The notes under the pieces are model-generated. The model did not search any database, was not told where the DNA came from, and saw only the letters and a list, made by a program, of their open reading frames with translations. A stretch of DNA of 58,912 nucleotides from a virus (taxonomy: Duplodnaviria; Caudoviricetes), in the IMG/VR virus record IMGVR_UViG_3300038974_000374, positions 1 through 58,912 of that record; one strand, written 5' to 3'. A program made the translations under genes and the position numbers. Below, in pieces: positions 1 to 8,767 of the stretch (positions are counted from its first letter, which is position 1; each line of letters opens with the position of its first letter).

Positions 1-27
1 AAAACAAACAATTAAATTTTTTAAAAG

Positions 28-1767
28 ATGTTTGACAGCAAAAAGAAAACACTATTTAGCAGAAATACGACATCTGCCCAGCAACCAGCTACTCCAGTTA
101 GCACTATGGTTACTGAGAATCCTTTTTTAAGAGCAGGATTGCAAGAAACTTCCGTTACTTCCGAACTAGGTAATGGGGCTCTTAAGTACACTACAACTGG
201 TTCAGATTTTGTAGATCAATTTGCAAAAGCAACTAACTACAAAAAGCCTCGTTCATACGCAGAGGTTTCCGCTGATATGAGTAATCTTTGGTCTCAAAAT
301 CAAAAATTAACTCTTGCATTGAGTTTTTATTTGCGTATGATTACCCGCGTCGTACAGTTCTTCTCCGGAGGAAAGACTTCGACTACTCAACGTGGTCAAG
401 GTCTTAAACATGAGGGAATTTTCAGAATGATTTGGTTAGCTATAAACGCTCCTGAATCTTTTTGGAAAAACATTACTTTATTTATTTCAGTTGGTTCTTG
501 GAAAGACATTATTACTATGTTGTCTTATGACTTACAGTATAATGGCTGGGAAAATCGTAAGTTGGATTGGAACAAATTTGGTCAATTAATTTTGGCCGGA
601 TTAGAAAATCCAAATACGTCTGAATTATTAAAGAAATACCTTCCTCAGATTAAAACAAATTCACAATGTAAAACTGTTGAAGCTGAAGCTGATAACATGA
701 TTGCAAAATGGATTTGTTCTTTACTCTTTGGATCAAAGGAGAATGAAACTGGGTCTACATACAAAAAGTATCGTAAACTAAAAGCATCAGGTACCGCACA
801 TCAATGGCAACAGTTAATCTCTCAAAATAGATTGATTGAAATCAACTTTGATACAGTACATGGTCGTGCATTAGCACAATTAGTTTCTGGTAAGTTTTTG
901 GCAAACAACAAGCTTGAGGACAAATATGAAGAATGGATTGCTTCCAAACCGATTGCTAAGTTCACTGGTTATGTATATGAACTAATGGCACCTGTGAAAT
1001 CTGGTTATCAAAACAATAACTTGAAAAAGTATCAGAAAGATACCATCAATAAACAGTTCTATGGTCTCATAGAAACTGCTAAGAATGGAATGAATACTGA
1101 TTCTTCTTTAATTGTTGTTGTTGATAGTTCATCTTCAATGACTGCTTCTGTACCTGGAACTAAAGTATCTTCTTATGACATTGCGAAATCAATGGCATTG
1201 TACTTTAGTTACCTATTAAAAGGTACATTTCAAAAAGCTTATATGGAGTTTGCTGACAGTTGTGAAATGCGTTTTTGGAAAGGTTCTACGCCTGTTGAAA
1301 AATTACAGAATGATAGATGCGAAGCTTATGGAAGTACTAACTTTCAATCAGTTGGTATCACATTCGGTAAGATATTAAAATCAGGAGTTCCTGAATCAGA
1401 GTTTCCTACAGGAATACTGTGTATATCTGATTCATGTTTTAATCCTGTTTATAAAAGGGATGGAGAACTACAATCCAATTTCAGCGCGCTAAAAAGCAAT
1501 TTAAGAAAATTTGGCTTTAGTGAAGAGTATGTTGAAAACTTCAAAGTTATTCTTTGGGATATACCTAATTATTATTATGGAGAAGTTACTCAAACAGCTT
1601 TTGAAACTTTCGCCGACGCTCCTAACATGTTTTACATGTCTGGACTTGATGGTTCATCGATTGCGTTTGTACTTGGTACAGAGTATAATCCTGTTGCACC
1701 TAAAACAGCTGAAGAGCTGTTCTTAGCTGCAATGAACCAAGAAGTATTGAATATGCTTGAGGTGTAA
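28..1767 (+). CDS. DUF2828-family protein with C-terminal vWA domain (Ro60/TROVE-like architecture)
   Basis: 579 aa; NGALKYTTTG, RGQGLKHE and GSWKD motifs typical of DUF2828; helical N-terminus; vWA MIDAS-like VVVDSSSSM, STNF and LCISD. Confidence 0.8.
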   Translation: MFDSKKKTLFSRNTTSAQQPATPVSTMVTENPFLRAGLQETSVTSELGNGALKYTTTGSDFVDQFAKATNYKKPRSYAEVSADMSNLWSQNQKLTLALSFYLRMITRVVQFFSGGKTSTTQRGQGLKHEGIFRMIWLAINAPESFWKNITLFISVGSWKDIITMLSYDLQYNGWENRKLDWNKFGQLILAGLENPNTSELLKKYLPQIKTNSQCKTVEAEADNMIAKWICSLLFGSKENETGSTYKKYRKLKASGTAHQWQQLISQNRLIEINFDTVHGRALAQLVSGKFLANNKLEDKYEEWIASKPIAKFTGYVYELMAPVKSGYQNNNLKKYQKDTINKQFYGLIETAKNGMNTDSSLIVVVDSSSSMTASVPGTKVSSYDIAKSMALYFSYLLKGTFQKAYMEFADSCEMRFWKGSTPVEKLQNDRCEAYGSTNFQSVGITFGKILKSGVPESEFPTGILCISDSCFNPVYKRDGELQSNFSALKSNLRKFGFSEEYVENFKVILWDIPNYYYGEVTQTAFETFADAPNMFYMSGLDGSSIAFVLGTEYNPVAPKTAEELFLAAMNQEVLNMLEV

Positions 1768-1776
1768 ATCCTTACT

Positions 1777-1811
1777 TAGGGGACAGATGAAATAAGCTGT
1801 CCTCTATTTTA
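1777..1811 (+). terminator. Rho-independent terminator
   Basis: taggggacag/ctgtcctcta hairpin followed by tttt, just after the DUF2828 stop. Confidence 0.6.
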
Positions 1812-1853
1812 TTAGAAAATCTTTCTATATAAATAATACAACAAAAACAAAAA

Positions 1854-2237
1854 ATGAAAAAATTCTTTATGTTGATGATTTTGGTTACGATAGCAGCTTT
1901 CACCACAGTTAACGCGCAAAGTGTATCTGTTACCGTAAATTCAATCGATTTGAAGTACGAAGAAATTGATGCCGCAAAGTGGTGTCCTCCTGGCAGCGTA
2001 GTTAGCGCAGATTTTTTATCACGAAGTGTTACCGTTATTAAAGATAATGTTGAAACTTTTAGAGCAGTTCTCAAAAATGTCAAAAAAGTTAATGGTTATT
2101 GGACATTTACTGGTGTAGTTAGTGATAAACAAATAAAGAATGCGAAAGTAAGTCTTACTTTTATTAGTGTCAGTAAAGCAAAACTAAAGGTTACTCTCCC
2201 AAGTGGTGAAGTATATCGTCGAACGCTGACGTTATAG
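1854..2237 (+). CDS. Hypothetical secreted protein
   Basis: 127 aa; signal peptide MKKFFMLMILVTIAAFTTVNA. Confidence 0.6.
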   Translation: MKKFFMLMILVTIAAFTTVNAQSVSVTVNSIDLKYEEIDAAKWCPPGSVVSADFLSRSVTVIKDNVETFRAVLKNVKKVNGYWTFTGVVSDKQIKNAKVSLTFISVSKAKLKVTLPSGEVYRRTLTL

Positions 2238-2245
2238 CTTTATCT

Positions 2246-2416
2246 TAGTGGCATACAGCAACTCCTAATTAAGAACAATTTGTAATAGTTTAAACAATTA
2301 GGGACCTAGGCTAAGTCTAGGCAAACTTCAACCTTTTTCTTTATCCCCACGGAATTATTCATCTAGCCACTAGAAAAACTTACGGGTGAATGGAGCCAGG
2401 ATATGAAAAAGGTTGA
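2246..2416 (+). ncRNA. CAGCAA stem RNA 1 (long, pseudoknot-type)
   Basis: tagtggc-atACAGCAA...gccacta-g (2366-2373); 12-bp helix tcaacctttttc 2328-2339 / gaaaaaggttga 2405-2416. Confidence 0.6.
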
Positions 2417-2423
2417 TTTTATA

Positions 2424-2558
2424 AGATGACGAACAGCAAATTAAATAACAATTAGCAATTTTAATGCAGTGGTCGAAGGTTAGAATCCTTCATCTTTAAT
2501 CAGCGTAATAGCAAGAAGAGATTAGCTCAGCTGTATAGAGCACTTAATAAGTCATCTG
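2424..2558 (+). ncRNA. CAGCAA stem RNA 2 containing a circularly permuted tRNA-like module (YrlA/Y-RNA-like)
   Basis: agatgac-gaACAGCAA...gtcatct-g; inside: anticodon-like gca-attttaa-tgc, T arm gaagg-ttagaat-ccttc, acceptor atcttt/agagat, D arm gctc-agctgtata-gagc. Confidence 0.75.
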
Positions 2559-2948
2559 CACCTTTAATAATCAATGATATGACTAAACAAGAATTAGAAC
2601 TTTTAAAAAATATTTCACTATCTTTGAAAAATCCACTAATACAACTTGGGAAAGTGGTAATTTTGAACAATGGGTTGATTATGCCAAAGTTATGCGAACA
2701 GTAATTCGCACTAATTGCATTATGTTAGATACTTTGATTGCAAATTCTAACATATATCCATCAAGTGGTTATCCAGTTATGGAAACTATTTCTACTCCAC
2801 CTACTTTTGAATCGCCCTTAGGTACATCAAAAGAGCCAAAAGATCCAAATGGAGTTGATCCTGTCTCAAAAGATTCATTAAAAACCCCTGTCTGGAAAAA
2901 CGGACAGTGGGAATAACTCAAAACAAACTAATTTAAATAAATAAAATT

Positions 2949-3329
2949 ATGTCTGAAACAAATCAAAATTCAGAAACTCCTGTTCAACAAGGTGCGTTTT
3001 ATGCGTCACTTAAAAGAAACAATCGTGAAATTCGCCAGGACAGAGCGGATGCTATTGGAAGAGCTCTTCAGTTGCGTTATAAACGTAAAATTGAAGACAT
3101 TGATGAAGAAATTTATCAGGCTCAAACTCGTAGAGAAAATGCGTTGGACTTGTCTCCATCTGTTATCGGAAGTCTCAATCCTGCTAGGGATTTTGATGCC
3201 GATCAATTTCTTAACGATGACATGAATACCGGCATTGAATTGCGTAATCTTAGAATCAAATCCAATGTAATTCGCAGTCGTTACAATTTCCTGTTTGGTA
3301 ACACTTACGAAATGTTGGAGGTTGAATAA
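2949..3329 (+). CDS. Hypothetical coiled-coil protein
   Basis: 126 aa ORF, stop overlaps start of vWA gene. Confidence 0.6.
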   Translation: MSETNQNSETPVQQGAFYASLKRNNREIRQDRADAIGRALQLRYKRKIEDIDEEIYQAQTRRENALDLSPSVIGSLNPARDFDADQFLNDDMNTGIELRNLRIKSNVIRSRYNFLFGNTYEMLEVE

Positions 3330-4216
3330 TGGGAGGTGGTGGATATTCAATTCATTCGCGCAATATTCGCGCTAATGCAATGGGTTATGATACTCGATCA
3401 GCTGAAGAAATCTTTTCAAATAGTTTTGATCCAAGTATGAACCCAAAAGGAGTTACTTTGAGAGAATCTCGTGATTCTGAAGAACATCCTCATAGTTTAG
3501 CAATTATGCTTGTACTCGATGTTACTGGGTCAATGGGAAGAATTCCTCTTGAACTTGTAAGAAGAGGATTACCCAAAATGGTGGGAAGACTGATTGAATT
3601 AGGGATTAAAGATCCTCAGATCATGTTTACTGCCATTACTGACCATTTATGTGGTAATATGGCCCCTCTTCAAATTTCACAATTTGAATCGAGTGACGAA
3701 ATGCTTGACCACTGGCTGACCAAAGTTTGGTTAGAAGGTGGAGGTGGTGGAAATGATGGTGAAAGTTATACACTTGCTCATTATTTTGCCGGCAAATATA
3801 CTTCAATTGACTGCTTTGAAAAAGGCAGAGAAAAAGGATTTTTAATCTCCATTGGAGATGATAAACCTCACGCTTCTTATTCTTCTCGTAAATTGGAGGA
3901 ACTTCTCGGAGGAGAACATCCCGCAATGACCAGAGAACAAATGATTGATATGGCGAAAGAAAAATATAATGTTTTTCATATCCATACTGGTGATGAGGCA
4001 AGTAGAGGAGTAATTCGTGATTGGACAAATTTGTTAGGAGAAAACTTCTATCATATCCCTAATCATGAGGAAATTCCTTATAAAATTGCAGAAATTATTG
4101 CTCAACGTGCCCGCAGATATCATACAGAAGTATCTCCGGACTTAAACGAAGTTGAAGACTTCAACAATGGACCAGGTAATTTATCTGCTCCTCAACAAGA
4201 AATTGAAATTCTCTAA
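3329..4216 (+). CDS. vWA domain protein
   Basis: LVLDVTGSMG MIDAS, EGGGGGNDGESY, SIGDD. Confidence 0.8.
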   Translation: MGGGGYSIHSRNIRANAMGYDTRSAEEIFSNSFDPSMNPKGVTLRESRDSEEHPHSLAIMLVLDVTGSMGRIPLELVRRGLPKMVGRLIELGIKDPQIMFTAITDHLCGNMAPLQISQFESSDEMLDHWLTKVWLEGGGGGNDGESYTLAHYFAGKYTSIDCFEKGREKGFLISIGDDKPHASYSSRKLEELLGGEHPAMTREQMIDMAKEKYNVFHIHTGDEASRGVIRDWTNLLGENFYHIPNHEEIPYKIAEIIAQRARRYHTEVSPDLNEVEDFNNGPGNLSAPQQEIEIL

Positions 4217-4346
4217 TAAAAACAACTTTTTTAAAATTTACGATTATGGGTATGACCAACAAAGCAATGAGCTTCGAAGATCTGGAATCTGAAGCCGCAA
4301 TGGAAACAGTAGTAAATACTGAAGTAACAACCAATACTGCTGAATA

Positions 4347-5462
4347 ATGAATCATAAAGCCATAATAGGCTTAGGATTTGGAGATGAGGGCAAAGGGATA
4401 ACAACAAATTTCCTTTGCCTTCACAATCCAAATACATTAGTTGTCCGTTTTTCAGGCGGACAACAAGCCGGGCATACTGTTGTCTTAGATGGCAAACGGC
4501 ATGTTTTTTCAAATTTGGGAAGTGGAACATTGAATCATAATCCCACTTATTGGTCAAAGTATTGTACTTTTGATCCAGTTGGGTTTTATAACGAAGTTCA
4601 AATACTTTTAAAAATGGGAATCACTCCAGTTATTTATATTGACAACAAATGTCCTGTTACAACTCCAATGGATAAAGAAATCAATGGTGAAAAAGATATG
4701 AAGAATGGAACTTGTGGAGTAGGAGTTGGTACAACTCAAGCTCGAGAAGAGAAATTCTTTTCTTTATTGTTTGAAGATTTATTTCATCCATCAGTAGTTG
4801 CAACAAAAATTAAACTTATGCGTGAGTATTATCGGGATTGCGATCAGGAATACATTGATGTATTTTTTTATTGCGTTAACTGGATATACAAAGTATTTGT
4901 TAATTGGGGTGCTCCTTTTTACAGAACAACTGGAGTTCCAAAAGGATTCGAAGATATTGTTTTTGAAAGTTCCCAAGGATTATTACTCGATCAACATTAT
5001 GGATTTTTTCCACATGTAACTCGTTCTAATGTTGGAAGTACTAACATTTTAGAAATGGGTTATGATCCGGAATACTGGTGTGTTACTCGAGCATATCAAA
5101 CAAGACACGGTAATGGTCCAATGACTAATTTATCAATTGATCACAACTTAAAGTTGAATCCATTAGAAACTAATGTCCACAACAAATTTCAAGGAGAATT
5201 TAAAGTATCTTTGTTGGACTTAGATCTTTTAGATTATTCGGTATCGAAAGATCCGTCAATTAGCTCTAAAAGAAAAAACTTGGTTATTACATGTGTCGAT
5301 CAGCTTGAAGATACTCCCAGATACACTCGTAATGGAGAAATTGTAGAATGTAAAGACAAATTTGAATTTATTCAATCTGTTGGTCATATTTTACAATTTG
5401 AGAATATTTATTACAGTGAATCTGAAGAATCTAAAAATATTCAAAAATTTAGTGTAAGATGA
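4347..5462 (+). CDS. purA: Adenylosuccinate synthetase-like protein (PurA family)
   Basis: GLGFGDEGKG, RFSGGQQAGHT, ESSQGLLLDQHYGFFPHVTRS, TRAYQTRHGNGP. Confidence 0.8.
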   Translation: MNHKAIIGLGFGDEGKGITTNFLCLHNPNTLVVRFSGGQQAGHTVVLDGKRHVFSNLGSGTLNHNPTYWSKYCTFDPVGFYNEVQILLKMGITPVIYIDNKCPVTTPMDKEINGEKDMKNGTCGVGVGTTQAREEKFFSLLFEDLFHPSVVATKIKLMREYYRDCDQEYIDVFFYCVNWIYKVFVNWGAPFYRTTGVPKGFEDIVFESSQGLLLDQHYGFFPHVTRSNVGSTNILEMGYDPEYWCVTRAYQTRHGNGPMTNLSIDHNLKLNPLETNVHNKFQGEFKVSLLDLDLLDYSVSKDPSISSKRKNLVITCVDQLEDTPRYTRNGEIVECKDKFEFIQSVGHILQFENIYYSESEESKNIQKFSVR

Positions 5463-5492
5463 TTGGAAAAACAGGAACCATGAAATTCAGAG

Positions 5493-5837
5493 ATGGCTCA
5501 ACGGTCAATGAAGAGAAAAGCTATTAGTATTGCTAATCATTCTCCAGAAAAAATTGTTTTGGGAGTTTATCAAAATTTGATTAATAATCACAACAGTTTT
5601 TGTTCATGTGACTATTGCCAAATTTTAAAACAGTACGTTGCTGAAAAGAAATCATTATCCAGATTTAAGAAGCGTGATTATGAATATTATTATATTACGC
5701 CTCATGAATTAGGAGGTGATTTTGATACTGAGTCTAATTTTTACAATCAGTTGGAAAAAAGAAGATTGCGTATTAAAGAACTTAAAGCAAAAAAAGATGA
5801 ATTGAAAAAACAAGTCATTTCATCGCTAAAAAAATAA
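5493..5837 (+). CDS. Hypothetical protein with CxCxxC motif
   Basis: 114 aa ORF. Confidence 0.5.
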   Translation: MAQRSMKRKAISIANHSPEKIVLGVYQNLINNHNSFCSCDYCQILKQYVAEKKSLSRFKKRDYEYYYITPHELGGDFDTESNFYNQLEKRRLRIKELKAKKDELKKQVISSLKK

Positions 5838-5995
5838 GGTGGATTTCTGCAAATTTAAAAGTTAAAACTACAATTAAATTGGCAAACCCCCGAGGACTAC
5901 TTTCTCATTAGAAATATATTTAATAATCTCTTTGGTAACATCCACCTGTTATAGAAACTAGAGAGTGTAAACATATATGGATTTGAGAAAGTGGT
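5837..5995 (+). ncRNA. CAGCAA stem RNA 3 (long, pseudoknot-type; CTGCAA variant)
   Basis: aggtggat-ttCTGCAA...atccacct-g (5940-5948); 12-bp helix actactttctca 5896-5907 / tgagaaagtggt 5984-5995. Confidence 0.55.
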
Positions 5996-6007
5996 TCTCA
6001 TTTTACA

Positions 6008-6308
6008 AGAGTACATCAGCAAATCAAAAAAGGTTAAAAAATCAATTATGTAAAACTGATAATAGCTGTTCAATTCAGCACGTCTCTATGACGTTAAACG
6101 TACTCTGATAAGGACACTCACAGCAATTTTTAAACAATTGTCTTTGGTTGATAAAAAAAGTGTCCTGATAAGTTTACCAACAGCAACTTAATAAACAATA
6201 ATCTTCTAAATTATGCACGTTATAAAAAGGTAAACTGATAAAGTGAGCAACAGCAAATTAATATATCGTTAAATTTTGTAAATTCAACTTCAATAAAATG
6301 CTCACTTG
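6008..6308 (+). ncRNA. Head-to-tail array of four CAGCAA stem RNAs (6008-6107, 6111-6167, 6171-6237, 6241-6308)
   Basis: Covarying closing stems agagtac/gtactct, aggacact/agtgtcct, agtttacc/ggtaaact, aagtgagca/tgctcactt; each 5' strand followed by CAGCAA; units joined by G-ATA. Confidence 0.75.
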
Positions 6309-6347
6309 CTTCCCAAACAAAAAAATATTAATTATTAAAAACAAAAG

Positions 6348-6584
6348 ATGAAAACAGCAATTTCAATTTTACTATTTGTGATATTAGCATTAATAGTAGG
6401 TGATTTTAAAATCACATTTTCTCCCTTTAGTGTTTCTTTACCAGGATGGATTAAAATAATTGCCTGGACTTGTTTTGTTACAGGAATGGTAATGCTTGAA
6501 GTACATTCTTTCCGACAAGGTCTTGTAAAAGGTGCTGACTTGATGGGGGACCATATTATAAAAGTTATGCAAGAATCTCGATAA
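6348..6584 (+). CDS. Small membrane protein
   Basis: 78 aa, two hydrophobic segments. Confidence 0.5.
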   Translation: MKTAISILLFVILALIVGDFKITFSPFSVSLPGWIKIIAWTCFVTGMVMLEVHSFRQGLVKGADLMGDHIIKVMQESR

Positions 6585-6609
6585 ATGCCTGACTCTACTA
6601 CAGTAGAAG

Positions 6610-6906
6610 ATGCGAAATCTGAGGTCATTGAATAGTGCAAAGCTTGAATACAATCATGATGTCGATAGAGAAACTGTGAGTTGGTCAACCCAAAATGGAG
6701 TCAAAAGACTTATTAAGGATTTGTCTGACTCACATTTAGCTAACATTATTGAATATATATCAAGAAAATCTAATGAAGGAAATGAAGCATTTATCAAATT
6801 TCTCAAGACAGAACAGGCCTATCGAGAGAATAACAATGAATTTGTTGAAGATTATCCTTCTGAAGTAGATCCTGAAGAAGATCTTTCAAAATATTTTAGT
6901 TTTTAA
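6610..6906 (+). CDS. Hypothetical phage protein
   Basis: W-x-T...IKDLSDSHLANII motif common in small phage proteins. Confidence 0.55.
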   Translation: MRNLRSLNSAKLEYNHDVDRETVSWSTQNGVKRLIKDLSDSHLANIIEYISRKSNEGNEAFIKFLKTEQAYRENNNEFVEDYPSEVDPEEDLSKYFSF

Positions 6907-6909
6907 ATC

Positions 6910-7340
6910 GGGCGTGTTTGGTTTTGACAGGTAGTAAAGAAATAATAAGACAGCAGAGGTAGACCACCCTCTATAATCAGAGATCAAAACAATAAATGAC
7001 AAGAAAGTAATTTCTTTTGCTCGTCCAGTTGCTGTAATGGTTGCTGCATAGTGAGCCGAGTTGTCAACTGACTTAGGAACAGAATAGTTGAAAAAATGTC
7101 AGTGCTCGAAGAGTGATTGACCTGGTGGATCACATTACCGTAATTGTGATTGATTTTTCTATTAGATTAAATAGAATGGTGGAGCTGGAGGTATTCTTCA
7201 CTTAAAATGAAGGATAAATTCAAAAAGTTTTTGTAGTTTTGATATAGACCAAAACACCAGAAAAGAAACTGTAAAATCTAAGCTGTATAATCTTATTACG
7301 TATCCTATTTTGGACGGCGGTTCGAATCCGCCCACGTCCA
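6910..7340 (+). ncRNA. ssrA: tmRNA
   Basis: Acceptor GGGCGTG/CACGTCC with G3:U70; 5' ggttttgac; T arm ggcgg-ttcgaat-ccgcc; tag ORF 6998-7051 DKKVISFARPVAVMVAA*. Confidence 0.92.
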
Positions 7341-7380
7341 CAACGATTTTCGAATTTTTTAGTTGTGTAACATTATGCAA

Positions 7381-7411
7381 TCGCTTGCTCGTGAGAGTAG
7401 GCGATTTTTTT
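7381..7411 (+). terminator. Rho-independent terminator after tmRNA
   Basis: tcgcttgctc-gtga-gagtaggcga followed by T7. Confidence 0.8.
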
Positions 7412-7431
7412 ATATTAAAAAAACAAATAAA

Positions 7432-7914
7432 ATGAAAAACTATCAAATCAAAGGCGTAGACGGTAAAATGTACTGGGTCCACCGTAATATTAGTGTAGCT
7501 TCATTTGTTTTTAAATTAGAGGATGAAAAGTTCTCTATTCTTGCTAACAAAAGAGGTAAAGGCACTCCTGATAATCAAGGTAAATGGAATTGTCCATGTG
7601 GATATCTTGATTATGATGAAACTTTGGCAGAAGCAGCAGCTCGAGAAGTTTATGAAGAATGTGGATTAAAGATCACTGCTGATCTTTTAGTTCCGTTTGG
7701 AGTAAATGATTCTCCTGATGCTCATATGCAAAATGTAACATTTCAACACTATGCTATTTTAACTCCCGATGTAATTAAAAAATTAGGAGGTTTAACAAAA
7801 GTAGAAGATGAATTTGATGAAGTTGATGAAGTAAAATGGATTCCTGTTGAAGAAATTGGAAACTATGAATGGGCTTATCATCACGATGAAATAATTAAAA
7901 GAGTAATGGGATGA
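7432..7914 (+). CDS. Nudix hydrolase
   Basis: Nudix box GYLDYDETLAEAAAREVYEECG. Confidence 0.9.
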   Translation: MKNYQIKGVDGKMYWVHRNISVASFVFKLEDEKFSILANKRGKGTPDNQGKWNCPCGYLDYDETLAEAAAREVYEECGLKITADLLVPFGVNDSPDAHMQNVTFQHYAILTPDVIKKLGGLTKVEDEFDEVDEVKWIPVEEIGNYEWAYHHDEIIKRVMG

Positions 7915-8321
7915 TTAAAAGATTTCGCATAAAAAGACTATTAAGATATTACTGGGTAAATCTAGTAAAATGGGCTAATTCTAGAAAATATATTTTAGTT
8001 GATGAAAGAGAACAAAGAGGAAAATTAATTTGTTTAAGATTGATTTCGCACCCTAACTCTGAACTCAAAATTTGTCCAGAAACAAATAAAAGATATATTG
8101 TTAATAAAATAGAGAACATTTCAATTATTATAAATACTGAATCAATAGATTTCTTCGATAATCATTTACATACTGTAAAGTTTTGTGAAAAAAATTATCG
8201 TGCTATTATTCAAGTATTTGATAAACATGCTTCTGCCGATAGACAAAAATTAGAAAACAAAATCCGTGTTAATGTCAAACATTCATTTGACGACATGTAC
8301 GATAATTTATTTGAAAAATGA
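7911..8321 (+). CDS. Hypothetical protein
   Basis: 136 aa ORF with ATGA overlaps at both ends. Confidence 0.55.
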   Translation: MIKRFRIKRLLRYYWVNLVKWANSRKYILVDEREQRGKLICLRLISHPNSELKICPETNKRYIVNKIENISIIINTESIDFFDNHLHTVKFCEKNYRAIIQVFDKHASADRQKLENKIRVNVKHSFDDMYDNLFEK

Positions 8322-8761
8322 AAAAAGCAGTAATATTTGATTTGGACAATACTATATTGTATCAAACCAATCGCAATCCATTTAATTGGAGTGATCTTTC
8401 TGGTGATGTAATAATTCCTGAGATGGAACAGATGATAGAATTATTTCTTGAATCTGACTACGCAATTTTGTTTGTTACAGGTAGACCTGAATCGGCAAAA
8501 GAGAATACTCAGAAGTTTTTACTTGAAAAAGATATTCCTTATGATAGACTTTATATGAAACAAGGCAATCCAAAAAAGAAAGCTGTTGTTCATAAAGAAG
8601 CTACTCTCTTGGAAATTCAAAAAGAATTCAATGTAGTATTAGCATTTGAAGATGACGATAAATGTGCAGAAATGTATGTTCGTAATAAAGTTATGACTCT
8701 TATGCCTTTAAACTATAAGATTCCAAAGAAGGGAAATCAAACGATTATTCCTTTTTCTTAG
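8318..8761 (+). CDS. HAD-family phosphatase (polynucleotide kinase 3'-phosphatase, PseT C-terminal-like)
   Basis: IFDLDNT, FVTGRPE, AFEDD. Confidence 0.8.
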   Translation: MKKAVIFDLDNTILYQTNRNPFNWSDLSGDVIIPEMEQMIELFLESDYAILFVTGRPESAKENTQKFLLEKDIPYDRLYMKQGNPKKKAVVHKEATLLEIQKEFNVVLAFEDDDKCAEMYVRNKVMTLMPLNYKIPKKGNQTIIPFS

Positions 8762-8767
8762 GAATTC

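Noticed and set aside
4347-5462. PurZ (2-aminoadenine DNA)
   Set aside because: Has the PurA-type GDEGKG, not the Ser-containing PurZ motif; no DatZ or MazZ recognised in the window
6008-6308. CRISPR array or terminator series
   Set aside because: No identical direct repeats, no cas genes, no U-tracts; conservation is structural plus CAGCAA
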